Below are positions 39,408 through 53,900 of a DNA stretch of 64,000 bases, one piece after another. The stretch is taken from NCBI GenBank assembly GCA_002269645.1, contig NIVC01001992.1:1-64000 (forward strand), written 5' to 3'. The notes below the pieces were generated by a model. It did no database searches, was not told where the DNA came from, and saw only the letters and a list, made by a program, of their open reading frames with translations. Position 1 is the stretch's first letter. Each line of letters opens with the position of its first letter. The translations under genes and the position numbers were made by a program. The DNA is from Macrostomum lignano (taxonomy: Eukaryota).

Positions 39408-39894
39408 AGCACTTCGGTGAAAGCTAAATTATCGGGCAGAACAGCAAGTTCCAATTAAGAGATTAGCTCTTAAATCAGTCCTTCCGGCTGGTGTGGGTTC
39501 TTCCCCACTCGAGCTCAGGAAGGGTTAGAATGATTTTCTCGTGACAAAGGTTGGAGTCAGCGCACCTTTTACAGGAGCGGATCGCAAGGGTGCTTGAAAA
39601 TCCCGCGGCAAAAAGAAGCGGTCAGGATAATTCGGGGGGCAATGGGCTGCTCATCCCGGCTGACACGCAAAGTGGACCGCCGCAGATTTGAGCTGGAAGT
39701 AGCTGGCTCACCTGCCTGTCTGCTCAGATGTGCGCCTGATTCTGGCAGACATTCACATCTGCATCCCAGCTGAACTGGCTGGCGCGTTTGCCGTTCTGGG
39801 ACCAGTTTTATTCTAATTGGACCCGTCACTGCATCGACGCCTGCCACCGCTTCCAGGCCTGTCTGTCCCTTTAACACTGTCTGCCCCTGTCACT

Positions 39895-40845
39895 TCCTGT
39901 CTCTCCCTGTCTCTCTCTGTCTCTCCCTGTCTCTCCCTGTCTCTCCCTGTCTCTCTCTGTCTCTCTCTGTCTCTCCCTGTCTCTCCCTGTCTCTCCCTGT
40001 CTCTCCCTGTCTCTCTCTGTCTCTCTCTGTCTCTCCCTGTCTCTCCCTGCCTCTCTCTGTCTCTCCCTGTCTCTCCCTGTCTCTCCCTGCCTCTCTCTGT
40101 CTCTCCCTGTCTCTCCCTGTCTCTCTCTGTCTCTCTCTGTCTCTCCCTGTCTCTCCCTGCCTCTCTCTGTCTCTCCCTGTCTCTCCCTGTCTCTCTCTGT
40201 CTCTCTCTGTCTCTCCCTGTCTCTCCCTGCCTCTCTCTGTCTCTCCCTGTCTCTCCCTGTCTCTCCCTGTCTCTCTCTCTGTCTCTCTCTGTCTCTCCCT
40301 GTCTCTCCCTGTCTCTCCCTGTCTCTCCTTGTCTCTCCCTGTCTCTCCTGTCTCTCCCTGTCTCTCCCTGTCTCTCTCTCTGTCTCTCTCTGTCTCTCCC
40401 TGTCTCTCCCTGTCTCTCCCTGTCTCTCCCTGCCTCTCTCTGTCTCTCCCTGCCTCTCTCTGTCTCTCCCTATCTCTCCCTGTCTCTCCCTGTCTCTCCC
40501 TGTCTCTCCCTGTCTCTCCCTGTCTCTCCCTGTCTCTCTCCCTGTCTCTCCCTGTCTCTCCCTGTCTCTCCCTGCCTCTCTCTGTCTCTCCCTGTCTCTC
40601 CCTGTCTCTCCCTATCTCTCCCTGTCTCTCCCTGTCTATCCCTGTCTCTCCCTGTCTCTCCCTGTCTCTCTCCCTGTCTCTCCCTGTCTCTCCCTGTCTC
40701 TCCCTGTCTCTCCCTGTCTCTCCCTGTCTCTCTCCCTGTCTCTCCCTGTCTCTCCCTGTCTCTCCCTGTCTCTCCCTGTCTCTCCCTGTCTCTCTCTCTG
40801 TCTCTCCCTGTCTCTCCCTGCCCCTCCCTGCCTCTCTTTGTCTCT
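39895..40845. repeat. 10-nt minisatellite (TCTCCCTGTC)
   Basis: Tandem periodicity. Confidence 0.95.
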
Positions 40846-41399
40846 CTCCTCTAGCCTAACATTGTCTCTTTCTCTCCCATAATCTTGCCCTCCCTGATCA
40901 ATTTCCCTTTTGCATCTCCCCGTCTCGGTCCATACTCTCACCAATTCAATATCCGTCTCATCTGTCTAATCTCTCCGCTCCGTCTCTCGTTGCTATCGCC
41001 AGCGCACTCTATTGTAGTATATAGCTTCTCATAAATCTTGCTAAAGCAACGAAATCCAATGATTTTGTCAGCTGATTGTTGTTGGCTCCAAGCTGTCAGC
41101 CAGTGTTCTTCAGCAGCTTCTCTGTTGAAATTTATTTTTTCATTTCCTCGAAAAGAATTTCTCGTTGTCCTTGCGTGCGTGACGTGACGACTGCACCCAG
41201 TCACCCGTTCGAGCCGGGCCTCAGCTGGTTCTCATGGGCGGCTGTGAATTTCCCGAGAGGCTTTCGTCGACTTCCTAGGCGACTGCTGACTCTTCTTCTA
41301 ATATCTGAAAATTTAGTTTAGAATTTACCAGGCAAATATTGATCTTCAGGGGCATTGAACATCGGGATAAAGGGCACATTGTGGGTATTAGGCGGACAT

Positions 41400-41708
41400 G
41401 GACATTGGGCATTAGACAGGCGGGGGCATTGGGCATTAGACATAAGGCGGGGGGCATTGGGCATTAGACAGGCGGGGGCATTGGGCATTAGACAGGCGGG
41501 GACATTGGGCATTAGACAGGCGGGGGCATTGGGCATTAGACAGGCGGGGGCATTGGGCATTAGACAGGCGGGGGCATTGAGCATTAGATATAAGGCGGGG
41601 ACATTGAGCATTAGACAGGCGGGGGCATTGGGCATTAGACAGGCGGGGACATTGGGCATTAGACAGGCGGGGGCATTGGGCATTAGACATAAGGCGGGAA
41701 CATTGGAC
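41400..41708. repeat. 24-nt minisatellite (GGCATTGGGCATTAGACAGGCGGG)
   Basis: Tandem periodicity. Confidence 0.94.
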
Positions 41709-42309
41709 ATAGTAATCATAGTGTAAAAAACATTCTAGAGTCACTACTTCGAAAGATTTTAGTTCGAATTTTCGCTATCATCTACTATATGTAGTAGTGC
41801 CAGTAGTGAATTGTTGGCTAAATTATTAAAGATGCTAAAATTATTTTAGAAAGCACAGAAACGTACAAAATTTTATAAATATCACGGCAGTACGAGCTAC
41901 TGGAGGAGAATAAGTTTGCTTTGCAAATTAAATTTGGTTCGAAAATCCGATACCCGAATGTAGCAATCGTGTTCGCTGAATCCAATGAAAGCAATCCTTA
42001 CTTAATATGGCAATCAGATCCTCAGCTGAATATTAAATTTGCCTTTGCCTTCTCTATTATCGAATTTCACAGCGAATTCTGCAAATCTCTCTTAGTGGAA
42101 TCGAACATTTTTTTTAATTCGATTCATAAGCTTGGGTACCAGCTGCCTGATTAGTACGCAGGACCTTGTTCCGTTGGATACACAGCTGCCGTTCTGTGTT
42201 TATCATTCCTAACGAGCCTTTAGCTTGGCGACTGGGGAGCTTTGCTACCTTGCAGCCTGACCTGCATTCGGCTTCATTGACAGCTGTTTTACAGCAGTGC
42301 GAAGCCGAT

Positions 42310-43590
42310 GAACCGGGGTTACTTGATATCCCAACAGGTAAACCGGGGTTACTTGATATCCCAACAGGTAAACCGGGGTTACTTGATATCCCAACAGGTA
42401 AACCGGGGTTATTTGATATCCCAACAGGTGAACCGGGGTTATTTGATATCCCAACAGGTAAACCGGGGTTATTTGATATCCCAACAGGTGAACCGGGGTT
42501 ACTTGATATCCCAACAGGTAAACCGGGGTTACTTGATATCCCAACAGGTAAACCGGGGTTATTTGATATCCCAACAGGTGAACCGGGGTTACTTGATATC
42601 CCAACAGGTGAGCCGAGGTTACTTGATATCCCAACAGGTGAACCGGGGTTACTTGATATCCCAACAGGTAAACCGGGGTTATTTGATATCCCAACAGGTA
42701 AACCGGGGTTACTTGATATCCCAACAGGTAAACCGGGGTTATTTGATATCCCAAAAGGTGAACCGGGGTTACTTGATATCCCAACAGGTAAACCGGGGTT
42801 ACTTGATATCCCAACAGGTAAACCGGGGTTATTTGATATCCCAACAGGTAAACCGGGGTTATTTGATATCCCAACAGGTGAACCGGGGTTACTTGATATC
42901 CCAACAGGTGAGCCGAGGTTACTTGATATCCCAACAGGTAAACCGGGGTTACTTGATATCCCAACAGGTAAACCGGGGTTATTTGATATCCCAACAGGTG
43001 AACCGGGGTTACTTGATATCCCAACAGGTAAACCGGGGTTATTTGATATCCCAACAGGTGAACCGGGGTTACTTGATATCCCAACAGGTGAACCGGGGTT
43101 ACTTGATATCCCAACAGGTAAACCGGGTTATTTGATATCCCAACAGGTAAACCGGGGTTATTTGATATCCCAACAGGTGAACCGGGGTTACTTGATATCC
43201 CAACAGGTGAGCCGAGGTTACTTGATATCCCAACAGGTAAACCGGGGTTACTTGATATCCCAACAGGTAAACCGGGGTTATTTGATATCCCAACAGGTGA
43301 ACCGGGGTTACTTGATATCCCAACAGGTAAACCGGGGTTATTTGATATCCCAACAGGTGAACCGGGGTTACTTGATATCCCAACAGGTAAACCGGGGTTA
43401 CTTGATATCCCAACAGGTAAACCGGGGTTATTTGATATCCCAACAGGTGAACCGGGGTTACTTGATATCCTAGCAGGTAAACCTGTGTTATCATCCAATA
43501 TTCTCACAGGTAAACCGGTGTTATCATCCTATATTCTCACAGGTAAACTAGTGTTATCATCCAATATTCTCACAGATACACCGGTGTTAT
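42310..43590. repeat. 30-nt minisatellite (AACCGGGGTTACTTGATATCCCAACAGGT(A/G)), ~40 copies
   Basis: Tandem periodicity; one 1-nt deletion near 43125; degenerate right end. Confidence 0.97.
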
Positions 43591-43912
43591 CATTCAATAT
43601 CACCACCGTAGACAGAGTATATTTTTAAAAGGATTAAGAGATCTGACATTCTAAAAAAATTAAAATATCATTATCCCTATTGACTGACTCGTCATTTTTT
43701 TCGAGTTTTGACTTTAATAGATCCTCTCTGCAGGTTTAATGATTTCATTAAGTCGTCTGGGATCTGCTAATCAAGGTGAAAGCTTTTATCTTGCTGCTCT
43801 ACCAGTCCGTCACGAACCGCTTCTTGGCTGCTGGATACTGGCGCTCCATCATTAGCTGATCCAGTACGAAGTCCTCCCAGGTCATGGGACCGACGCTCGG
43901 CGACTGCCTGCT

Positions 43913-44552
43913 AGGTTGAGCACAAGTTGAGTATAGGTTGAGCATAGGTTGAGTATAGGTTGAGCACAGGTTGAGCATAGGTTGAGTATAGGTTGAGCAC
44001 AGGTTGAGCATAGGTTTAGCATAGGTTGAGCACAGGTTGAGCACAGGTTAAGCATAGGTTGAGCATGAGTATGCTGAGTATAGGTTGAGCACAGGTTGAG
44101 CACAGGTTGAGCACAGGTTGAGCATAGGTTTAGCATAGGTTGAGCACAGGTTAAGCATAGGTTGAGCATGAGTATGCTGAGTATAGGTTGAGCACAGGTT
44201 GAGCACAGGTTGAGCACAGGTTGAGCATAGGTTGAGTGTAGGTTGAGTATAGGTTGAGCACAGGTTGAGCACAGGTTGAGCACAGGTTGAGCATAGGTTG
44301 AGTGTAGGTTGAGTATAGGTTGAGCACAGGTTGAGCACAGGTTGAGCATAGGTTAAGTATAGGTTGAGCACAGGTTGAGCATAGGTTTAGCATAGGTTTA
44401 GCATAGGTTGAGCACAGTTTAAGCATAGGTTGAGCATGAGTATGCTGAGTATAGGTTGAGCACAGGTTGAGCATAGGTTGAGCACAGGTTGAGTGTAGGT
44501 TGAGTATAGATTGAGTACAAGTTGGGCACAGGTTGAGCACAGGTTGGGCATA
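43913..44552. repeat. 11-nt minisatellite (AGGTTGAGCA(C/T))
   Basis: Tandem periodicity. Confidence 0.95.
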
Positions 44553-45679
44553 GGCATGAAATGTAACTAGACAATTCGCAGACCAGCAATACCTGTACCA
44601 ATGGTGTCCATCTGCCTGTCTCCCAAGGTGAGGTTCCTCATCTGTAAGCCAAACGATCAATACAAAAAGGGTACGTGAAACGAAAGAAATTATGACTGCA
44701 GCTGCGGCTTACCATTCGTATTGTAACTTGTCTCAGACAATACTTCTGAAATAGATACAAATAGTTTTATTAAGAAAAACTTAATTAGTGCATTAATTAG
44801 CGACTATAATTAGAAAATGCTCACCTAGCAGGCAGCAGGACACGGTCAGGAGAGCAATTAACGTTAGTGACGCAGAATGCATTGTGCGACGCTTAACGGT
44901 TGATAGTCTTAATAGTTTTTTTCTATGCTTTACAAAAAAGCTGAGAGCGCCGCCGCTGCAATGATCCCCAGAAATTGGGATTTTTTTAAATTGAATTTTC
45001 CTTCATATTGCTCAGGTTTGAGCGCCTGCCATTGGCTGTCGGAATTAGTCATCAGAGACACTGCAGGCAACCGATGCCCGAAGTCTTTCGTGGGCGGTGT
45101 AGTAATGGACTCAAGGCCCAGTAGAATTTGCTGAATAAGAAGTTAGCCACAACTTGGGCACAACCCCCAAGGCGCAGAGTGTGTACATGCCGGACGATTT
45201 GAAAGTCAGGGCCACTGTACACTCTGATACATTCTCGGCGTTGTCAAGCAGGCCGCTCTCGACCACCTGCTCGACCACGAACAAATTTAGATGCTGTAAT
45301 CTGGATGCGGTCCCCGGAAAACCTAGAAAAGTAAAAACTACAGAAAAAGCAGTCAGAAACTGTTGCTGCCACTAGCAGTAGTGTGCTTCTGATGCTGTTC
45401 CAAGTGCGTTAAAAATCGAACAAAAGTCAACAAGAATCGCAAAATGTTTTCTTTTCTGCCTACAAAGCTGATTAGCATTGTCTAATGATGACAATTCATT
45501 AGAGAAATTTGACTGAAAAGACGAATGAGTCTGATTGACAAATCCGATTGAAAGCTGCATCTCATCGCGAACTTTGACCTTACAATTTTAAGCTGACAGG
45601 TCTAAACTCACTTGACTTGATTAGAGTTTTTCCAGAGGCTTAAGAAAGCTAGAATGTGAAGTTTTCTTTATAAAAACGG

Positions 45680-46424
<745 letters not shown>

Positions 46425-46429
46425 CCTAT

Positions 46430-47700
46430 AGTTGCAATCAGAGCAACTTTGAATCTTCAGGATGCTTGTTAGGCTTCTGCTGGCTTCATCAAAGTCGTCT
46501 TTAAACGTGCAACGGCGAGCGTACGAGCGTAACGGAGGAACTGAGCTTTCAACATAACCTTGAATGTTTGCTTTGGGTGAAATCACTCCGGATGCAAGAG
46601 CTGGCGTGAATCGGTGGGTTTGAAGTAGATCGAGCACGAAAGTCTCTTTGTGTTATTGACTTCGTCAATCAGACTGACCCGGCAGTCCAGGAAGTGAAGC
46701 TTCTCTCTGCTGTATTGCACCGTGAGTGGGACGGATTCCTAGGCAGACATAAAGATGTTGGCGTAGGATGGCGCAAAGGCCTTTCCCATGCATGTGCCTT
46801 TGACTTGAAGATAGCGCGCGTCGTTGAAAAACAAAATCATTTTCGTTGAAGTTAATGTCCAGGTGCACAAGTAGATGGTTACGTGGCCTTGAGGTTTGCG
46901 GAACTTTTTGAAAGGCATCTCTAATGACGTCCGTCCCCTTCTCAGTAGGATTATTGGAGTACAGGGATTCAACATCCATTGTAACCAGAAAGGCATTTTC
47001 GTCTTAGTCAAAAATCAAATGATTGACAGCAGCTTGGAAAGGGGTCCGTGTCTCGGATGAAGGAGTCTTGTAGGAAGAGATCGATAAATTTGGCACTCAC
47101 GTAACTTTCCGAGCTGCAGTCCGAGACGAGATAAAAAATTGCGAGTATTGAAAAATGGTTTTGATAATGGCACTGGTCTGGGTGCTCATTGCGAAGTCAA
47201 GAGGTTGGTAGAAGGTTCCTGTTGGAGAGCTTCATGATGACTATATTGCTGCCCTTGTCGGCAGGTTTAATGACGATGCTGCTGTTGCCTCGAAGAGTCT
47301 TCAGTGCCATTCTCTCCTGCTCCTGAAGGCTTGGCATGTTGTGTGTATGATTCTTGGAATACTGATCTTGTCTAGGATTTCAAAAAAGTCCCCGTGAGAG
47401 CGCCGCTTGTCCAAGTTGATGTTGGGGATTGAAGCTCGTCCAGTGTAAGGGGTGTTGACAAAGTTCTTGCCCAATTCTATAATTTCGGTTTCGCAGTCAA
47501 AGAGACGATAATTCGATAAATTCAAGACTTGGCTGCGTGGTCGCATTCCTTGCCATAGACAATATTGAAGACTTTCAAGACGGATCGGTCAGATAGTGTG
47601 ACACGTGACCCTTCCGGTTGAGATTCTGGGCATGTCGGCTCAATTTGTCTACAGTGTTTCGGACGCTGCCTGTTGCCATGACATCCCCGCTGAGTCAGGT
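46430..47700 (-). mobile_element. Penelope-like retroelement remnant (fragmented RT ORF)
   Basis: Minus-strand motifs in correct order but broken by stops and frameshifts: VLNLSNY..ELGKNFVNTP (~47530), IVIKPADKGSNIVIM (~47277-47233), MDVESLY (46979), GTCMGKAFAPSYANIFM (~46797-46747). Confidence 0.85.
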
Positions 47701-47970
47701 GTGTAGATATTTGCCTTCTGAAAAGGCCTTGCGACAATGATTATCGATTTTTGTTAGCTGCTTGTCGAGGACACCTTCGAATTGTCTCTGCAGGTCATGA
47801 CAGCCGGCAAGGCAGCCGGACCAATCCCAGCCAGCCCAGGCCGTCTCTCTCGCAGCTCCCCACCGGGCTTAAAATAAAAGCTAAGCTGCAGCAGCTGTGT
47901 CCAGCGCCCCAGCGGACCTCATCGAACCCTGAAACGCAGCAGCTTCCTCCAAGTCAAGCGTCGAGAAACA

Positions 47971-50900
47971 ATGAACGCCACTCCGGTTCTCAATGGCAGC
48001 GCGCCTGTCAGCGTGGGCGCCACATCTCTTGGCGCCACCGTCCTGGTCTCGGCGCTGTACCTGGCCATCATGCTGGTGGGACTGTTCGGCAACAGCCTGG
48101 TCATCGTCACCATCCTGATGGACAAGAGGATGCGCGCCTCGGTGACGAATTTGTACATCCTCAACCTGGCCTGCTCCGACCTGCTGTCGTTGCTGCTGGC
48201 TCTGGCGGAAATCGGCTTCCGGTTGGCCTCGCAGCACTGGTTCCTCGGGCTGGCCGCCTGCAAGCTGCTGCGCTTCATCATGACCGCTGCGTTTTATACG
48301 TCGGTAATCACCTTGACAACCGTGTGCGTTGAGCGGTGAGTGCAAGCCGGATTATACGGGAGCGAATGGCGGGGGTTTTGAGTGTCAGGTGTGTCAGGTA
48401 TGTTTTAATGTGTGTGTCAGGTATGCTTTAATGTGTGTGTCAGGTGTGCTTTAATATGTGTGTCAGGTGTGCTTTAATATGTGTGTCAGGTGTGCTTTAA
48501 TATGTGTGTCAGGTGTGCTTTAATGTGTGTGTCAGGTGTGCTTTAATGTGTGTGTCAGGTGTGCTTTAATATGTGTGTCAGGTGTGCTTTAATGTGTGTG
48601 TCAGGTGTGCTTTAATGTGTGTGTCAGGTGTGCTTTAATGTGTGTGTCAGGTGTGCTTTAATATGTGTGTCAGGTGTGCTTTAATATGTGTGTCAGGTGT
48701 GCTTTAATATGTGTGTCAGGTGTGCTTTAATGTGTGTGTCAGGTGTGCTTTAATGTGTGTGTCAGGTGTGCTTTAATATGTGTGTCAGGTGTGCTTTAAT
48801 ATGTGTGTCAGGTGTGCTTTAATGTGTGTGTCAGGTGTGCTTTAATATGTGTGTCAGGTGTGCTTTAATATGTGTGTCAGGTGTGCTTTAATGTGTGTGT
48901 CAGGTGTGCTTTAATATGTGTGTCAGGTGTGCTTTAATATGTGTGTCAGGTGTGCTTTAATGTGTGTGTCAGGTGTGCTTTAATGTGTGTGTCAGGTGTG
49001 CTTTAATGTGTGTGTCAGGTGTGCTTTAATGTGTGTGTCAGGTGTGCTTTAATGTGTGTGTCAGGTGTGCTTTAATGTGTGTGTCAGGTGTGCTTTAATA
49101 TGTGTGTCAGGTGTGCTTTAATATGTGTGTCAGGTGTGCTTTAATGTGTGTCAGGTGTGCTTTAATGCTTTAATGTGTGTGTCAGGTGTGCTTTAATATG
49201 TGTGTCAGGTGTGCTTTAATGTGTGTGTCAGGTGTGCTTTAATGTGTGTCAGGTGTGCTTTAATGTGTGTGTCAGGTGTGCTTTAATATGTGTGTCAGGT
49301 GTGCTTTAATATGTGTGTCAAGTGTGCTTTAATGTGTGTGTCAGGTGTGCTTTAATATGTGTGTGTCAGGTGTGCTTTAATATGTGTGTCAGGTGTGCTT
49401 TAATATGTGTGTCAGGTGTGCTTTAATGTGTGTGTCAAGTGTGCTTTAATATGTGTGTCAGGTGTGCTTTAATGTGTGTGTCAGGTGTGCTTTAATGTGT
49501 GTGTCAGGTGTGCTTTAATGTGTGTGTCAGGTGTGCTTTAATGTGTGTCAGGTGTGCTTTAATATGTGTGTCAGGTGTGCTTTAATGTGTGTCAGGTGTG
49601 CTTTAATGTGTGTGTCAGGTGTGCTTTAATATGTGTGTCAGGTGTGCTTTAATATGTGTCGGATATGCTTTAATGTGTGTGTCAGATGTGCCATACTGTG
49701 TGTCAGGTATGCCATACTGTGTGTCAGGTATGCCATACTGTGTGTCAGGTATACCATACTGTGTGTCAGGTATGCCATACTGTGTGTCAGGTGTGCCATA
49801 CTGTGTGTCAGGTGTGCCATACTGTGTGTCAGGTATGCCATACTGTGTGTCAGGTATGCCATACTGTGTGTCAGGTATGCCATACTGTGTGTCAGGTATG
49901 CCATACTGTGTGTCAGGTGTGCCATACTGTGTGTCAGGTGTGCCATACTGTGTGTCAGGTATGCCATACTGTGTGTCAGGTGTGCCATACTGTGTGTCAG
50001 GTGTGCCATACTGTGTGTCAGGTATGCCATACTGTGTGTCAGGTATGCCGTACTGTGTGTCAGGTATGCTATACTGTGTGTCAGGTATGCCATACTGTGT
50101 GTCAGGTGTGCCATACTGTGTGTCAGGTGTGCCATACTGTGTGTCAGGTATGCCATACTGTGTGTCAGGTATGCCATACTGTGTGTCAGGTGTGCCATAC
50201 TGTGTGTCAGGTATGCCATACTGTGTGTCAGGTGTGCCATACTGTGTGTCAGGTATGCCATACTGTGTCAGGTGTGCCATACTGTGTGTCAGGTATGCCA
50301 TACTGTGTGTCAGGTGTGCCATACTGTGTGTCAGGTATGCCATACTGTGTGTCAGGTATGCCATACTGTGTGTCAGGTGTGCCATACTGTGTGTCAGGTG
50401 TGCCATACTGTGTGTCAGGTATGCCATACTGTGTGTCAGGTGTGCCATACTGTGTGTCAGGTATGCCATACTGTGTGTCAGGTGTGCCATACTGTGCTTA
50501 CAATTCGAGATGATGTATTACAGACATAACAATGTGCCAAGCTAGTGTCACTATGCATAGCGCTATGCGAAGCAGCTGATGCACACAATCGGGGATCCGA
50601 CCGCAATCTGCGGCAGTACAAGTCACTGCCCAGCTGTCATGGTCCCGCCATCCTACACTCAGACCAGCAGTTTTGTAAACTTCTGTCTGCCCACTGCTAG
50701 AGAGAGTCCGGAGGGCCGACGGGAGCTCGACCAGATGCAAGGGACAGGTCTCTCGTTGCTGGGGACTTTTTTTTACATTTTTTACCTTCACTGGCTGTAG
50801 AGTTTGCCCTGAGAGGAGAGGGAATGATGGCGAAGGAGGGAGGGAGGGAACGTAAGGGACGGAAACGGCTAATCCTTCCTCTTTCAGGGTTTCGTCTTCG

Positions 50901-53900
50901 AGTTTGCATTTATGGTTACTGGGGACAGGGGGAGCTGCGATGAGGCCCAGCTGCCTCTACCCTCCCTGCCGCTGTTGCTTGTGCGCGAGAAAGATCAATA
51001 GTAGCAGCATTCTGGGGGGGGGGTTCTGCAGACAATCGCTTTCTAAGCAGAGCTCCACTTGCTGGGAGTTGCCACTGCGCGTTGCTTTCAGCCTTGCCGA
51101 CACTTTGGTAGGCGGTTCGGGTTGCCCGCTCCGGCACATGCAGCCTTCGCTACTCTGTGAAAATCGGACTGAGAAACTGCTGCGAGAGAGCGCAAGTATG
51201 CTCTGGTCTGAATCAAATCAAGAGAAATGCACTGCTCAAGAAAGCCTGAATCCGAATCTGAATCTGAATCTGAATCTGAATCCGAATCTGAATCCGAATC
51301 TGAATCTGAATCCGAATCTGAATCTGAATCTGAATCTGAATCTGAATCTGAATCTGAATCCGAATCCGAATCTGAATCCGAATCTGAATCTGAATCTGAA
51401 TCTGAATCTGAATCTGAATCCGAATCCGAATCTGAATCCGAATCTGAATCCGAATCTGAATCTAAATCCGAATCCGAATCCGAATCTGAATCCGAATCCG
51501 AATCCGAATCCGAATCCAAATCCGAATCCGAATCTGAATCCGAATCCGAATCTGAATCCGAATCTGAATCCGAATCTGAATCCGAATCCAAATCAGAATC
51601 CAAATCTGAATCTGAATCCGAATCTGAATCTGAATCTAAATCCGAATCTGAATCTGAATCCAAATCCGAATCCGAATCCGAATCTGAATTCGAATCCGAA
51701 TCTGAATCTGAATCTGAATCTGAATCTGAATCTGAATCTGAATCCGAATCCGAATCTGAATCCGAATCTGAATCCGAATCTGAATCTAAATCCGAATCCG
51801 AATCCGAATCTGAATCCGAATCCAAATCCGAATCCGAATCCGAATCCAAATCCGAATCCGAATCTGAATCTGAATCCGAATCCAAATCCGAATCTGAATC
51901 CGAATCTGAATCCGAATCCAAATCAGAATCCGAATCTGAATCTGAATCCGAATCTGAATCCGAATCTGAATCCGAATCTGAATCTGAATCTAAATCCGAA
52001 TCTGAATCCGAATCCAAATCCGAATCCAAATCCGAATCCGAATCCGAATCTGAATTCGAATCCGAATCTGAATCCGAATCTGAATCTGAATCTGAATCTG
52101 AATCCGAATCCGAATCCGAATCCAAATCCGAATCCGAATCTGAATCCGAATTAAAGGTTCCATAATGCCGAGCACAATTGTGCAAACCGCCAGCTAGCTG
52201 TTAATCTCCCTAATCCCAGTCAGCAAGTCATTAATATTTGTGCACGTAAGCGCAAGCTGCATCAGTTGACGGACAGCTCATCGGGAGCAATCAGCGCAGC
52301 TATACGAGTATTCATTCGGGTTAGTGGTACATTTTGGTCCGGTATCGAGTGAGCAAATCCTGACCTGCATGCCAATTAGGCTGGGGCAGCTCTGGCTCTC
52401 GTCTCTGTGCCAGCCAGCCTTCTTACTCAAGTTGTTATCCGACGCGATCGATGCGACTTATTTTCGGGAGTTGTTGACTGAGTAGCTTCTCACATTGAGT
52501 AGCTGCTGACTGCCCGAGATATGGGAGCTCAGATTTGGAAAAGGATCATGGAAGACATTACCGGTGGCCAAAATCTGTGCCAGAAAGGAGGTGTAAAAAT
52601 AAGTTTGCGTGAAAGAATCAGTGTCAGAGGTGATAGAATGAGTGTCAGAGGTGATAGAATGAGTGTCAGAGGTGATAGAATGAGTGTCAGAGGTGATAGA
52701 ATGAGTGTCAGAGGTGATAGAATGAGTGTCAGAGGTGATAGAATGAGTGTCAGAGGTGATAGAATGAGTGTCAGAGGTGATAGAATGAGTGTCAGAGGTG
52801 ATAGAATGAGTGTCAGAGGTGATAGAATGAGTGTCAGAGGTGATAGAATGAGTGTCAGAGTGATAGAATGAGTGTCAGAGGTGATAGAATGAGTGTCAGA
52901 GTGATAGAATGAGTGTCAGAGGTGATAGAATGAGTGTCAGAGTGATAGAATGAGTGTCAGAGGTGATAGAATGAGTGTCAGAGTGATAGAATGAGTGTCA
53001 GAGGTGATAGAATGAGTGTCAGAGGTGATAGAATGAGTGTCAGAGGTGATAGAATGAGTGTCAGAGGTGATAGAATGAGTGTCAGAGGTGATAGAATGAG
53101 TGTCAGAGGTGCTAAAACCATTGTCAGGAGTCAGTGACAGGGTCCAGAACCGTGCCTGTGATGTACTGTGTCCGGATCGAGCAGCGTCAGGAGCAACAAC
53201 AGCAAGAGATGAATACTTTAACAAAAGCTTAACCTAAAAACGTCAAAAATGGCATTTTTGCAGCAGTAATTTGAGCTCAGGAGACTGCTAGCAGAGCAAG
53301 CCGGACACCCGAGCGGTGACACCCTCAGCCCCATCCCCCATCATGCAGCATCACTGGCAGAAAGAGTCGGTTCTGCTCAACAGAGAGCGCTGTGAATCAA
53401 TGTTGGCGCAACACACACAAACACCCACACACACACACACACACACGGAAAAGCTCGACCCCCATCATTACCCTCTAAATATGGATTTTGTTAGCAAATT
53501 ACCGGAGGCGAACCATCGCGCCTTAGGATCGAGAGATCCCAGTGGGCTACTGGGAAGAAGGAGAAACGGGGGGGCGAAAGGAGCTACCGGATACGAATAG
53601 GAAGGATTTTACAATGCTCCCATTTTTACTAGAAATTGAGCTGGAAATATGGCTTCTGTCGCCTATTCCGGTCAGGGAGCCGCCATCGCACACGGAGCGG
53701 TCAGCTCAGAGGAAATATGCTGCTAATGATTAGCTTTCCAAATTTTCGCGTAGTTCATTTCAGGATCTTGCTATCCCAGTTTTGTATTTTGTACTCTGTA
53801 TAATTTATATAGCATAATTAGTCTGGAGATTGTGTACCCATGATAATAAGGTTGCATTAGAAAAAACCTAGCTAATAAATGCAAAAACATTCAATTACTG

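Noticed and set aside
47751-48345. Alternative-frame and antisense ORFs over GPCR exon 1 (also 7292-7732, 10438-10854, 59001-59528)
   Set aside because: Shadow ORFs of GC-rich coding exons.
50904-52185. 365-aa Ser-Asp repeat ORF resembling staphylococcal Sdr/Clf adhesin stalks (possible HGT)
   Set aside because: It is a pure (GAATCY)n hexamer inside GPCR intron 1, open in several frames, with no signal peptide, ligand domain or LPXTG.
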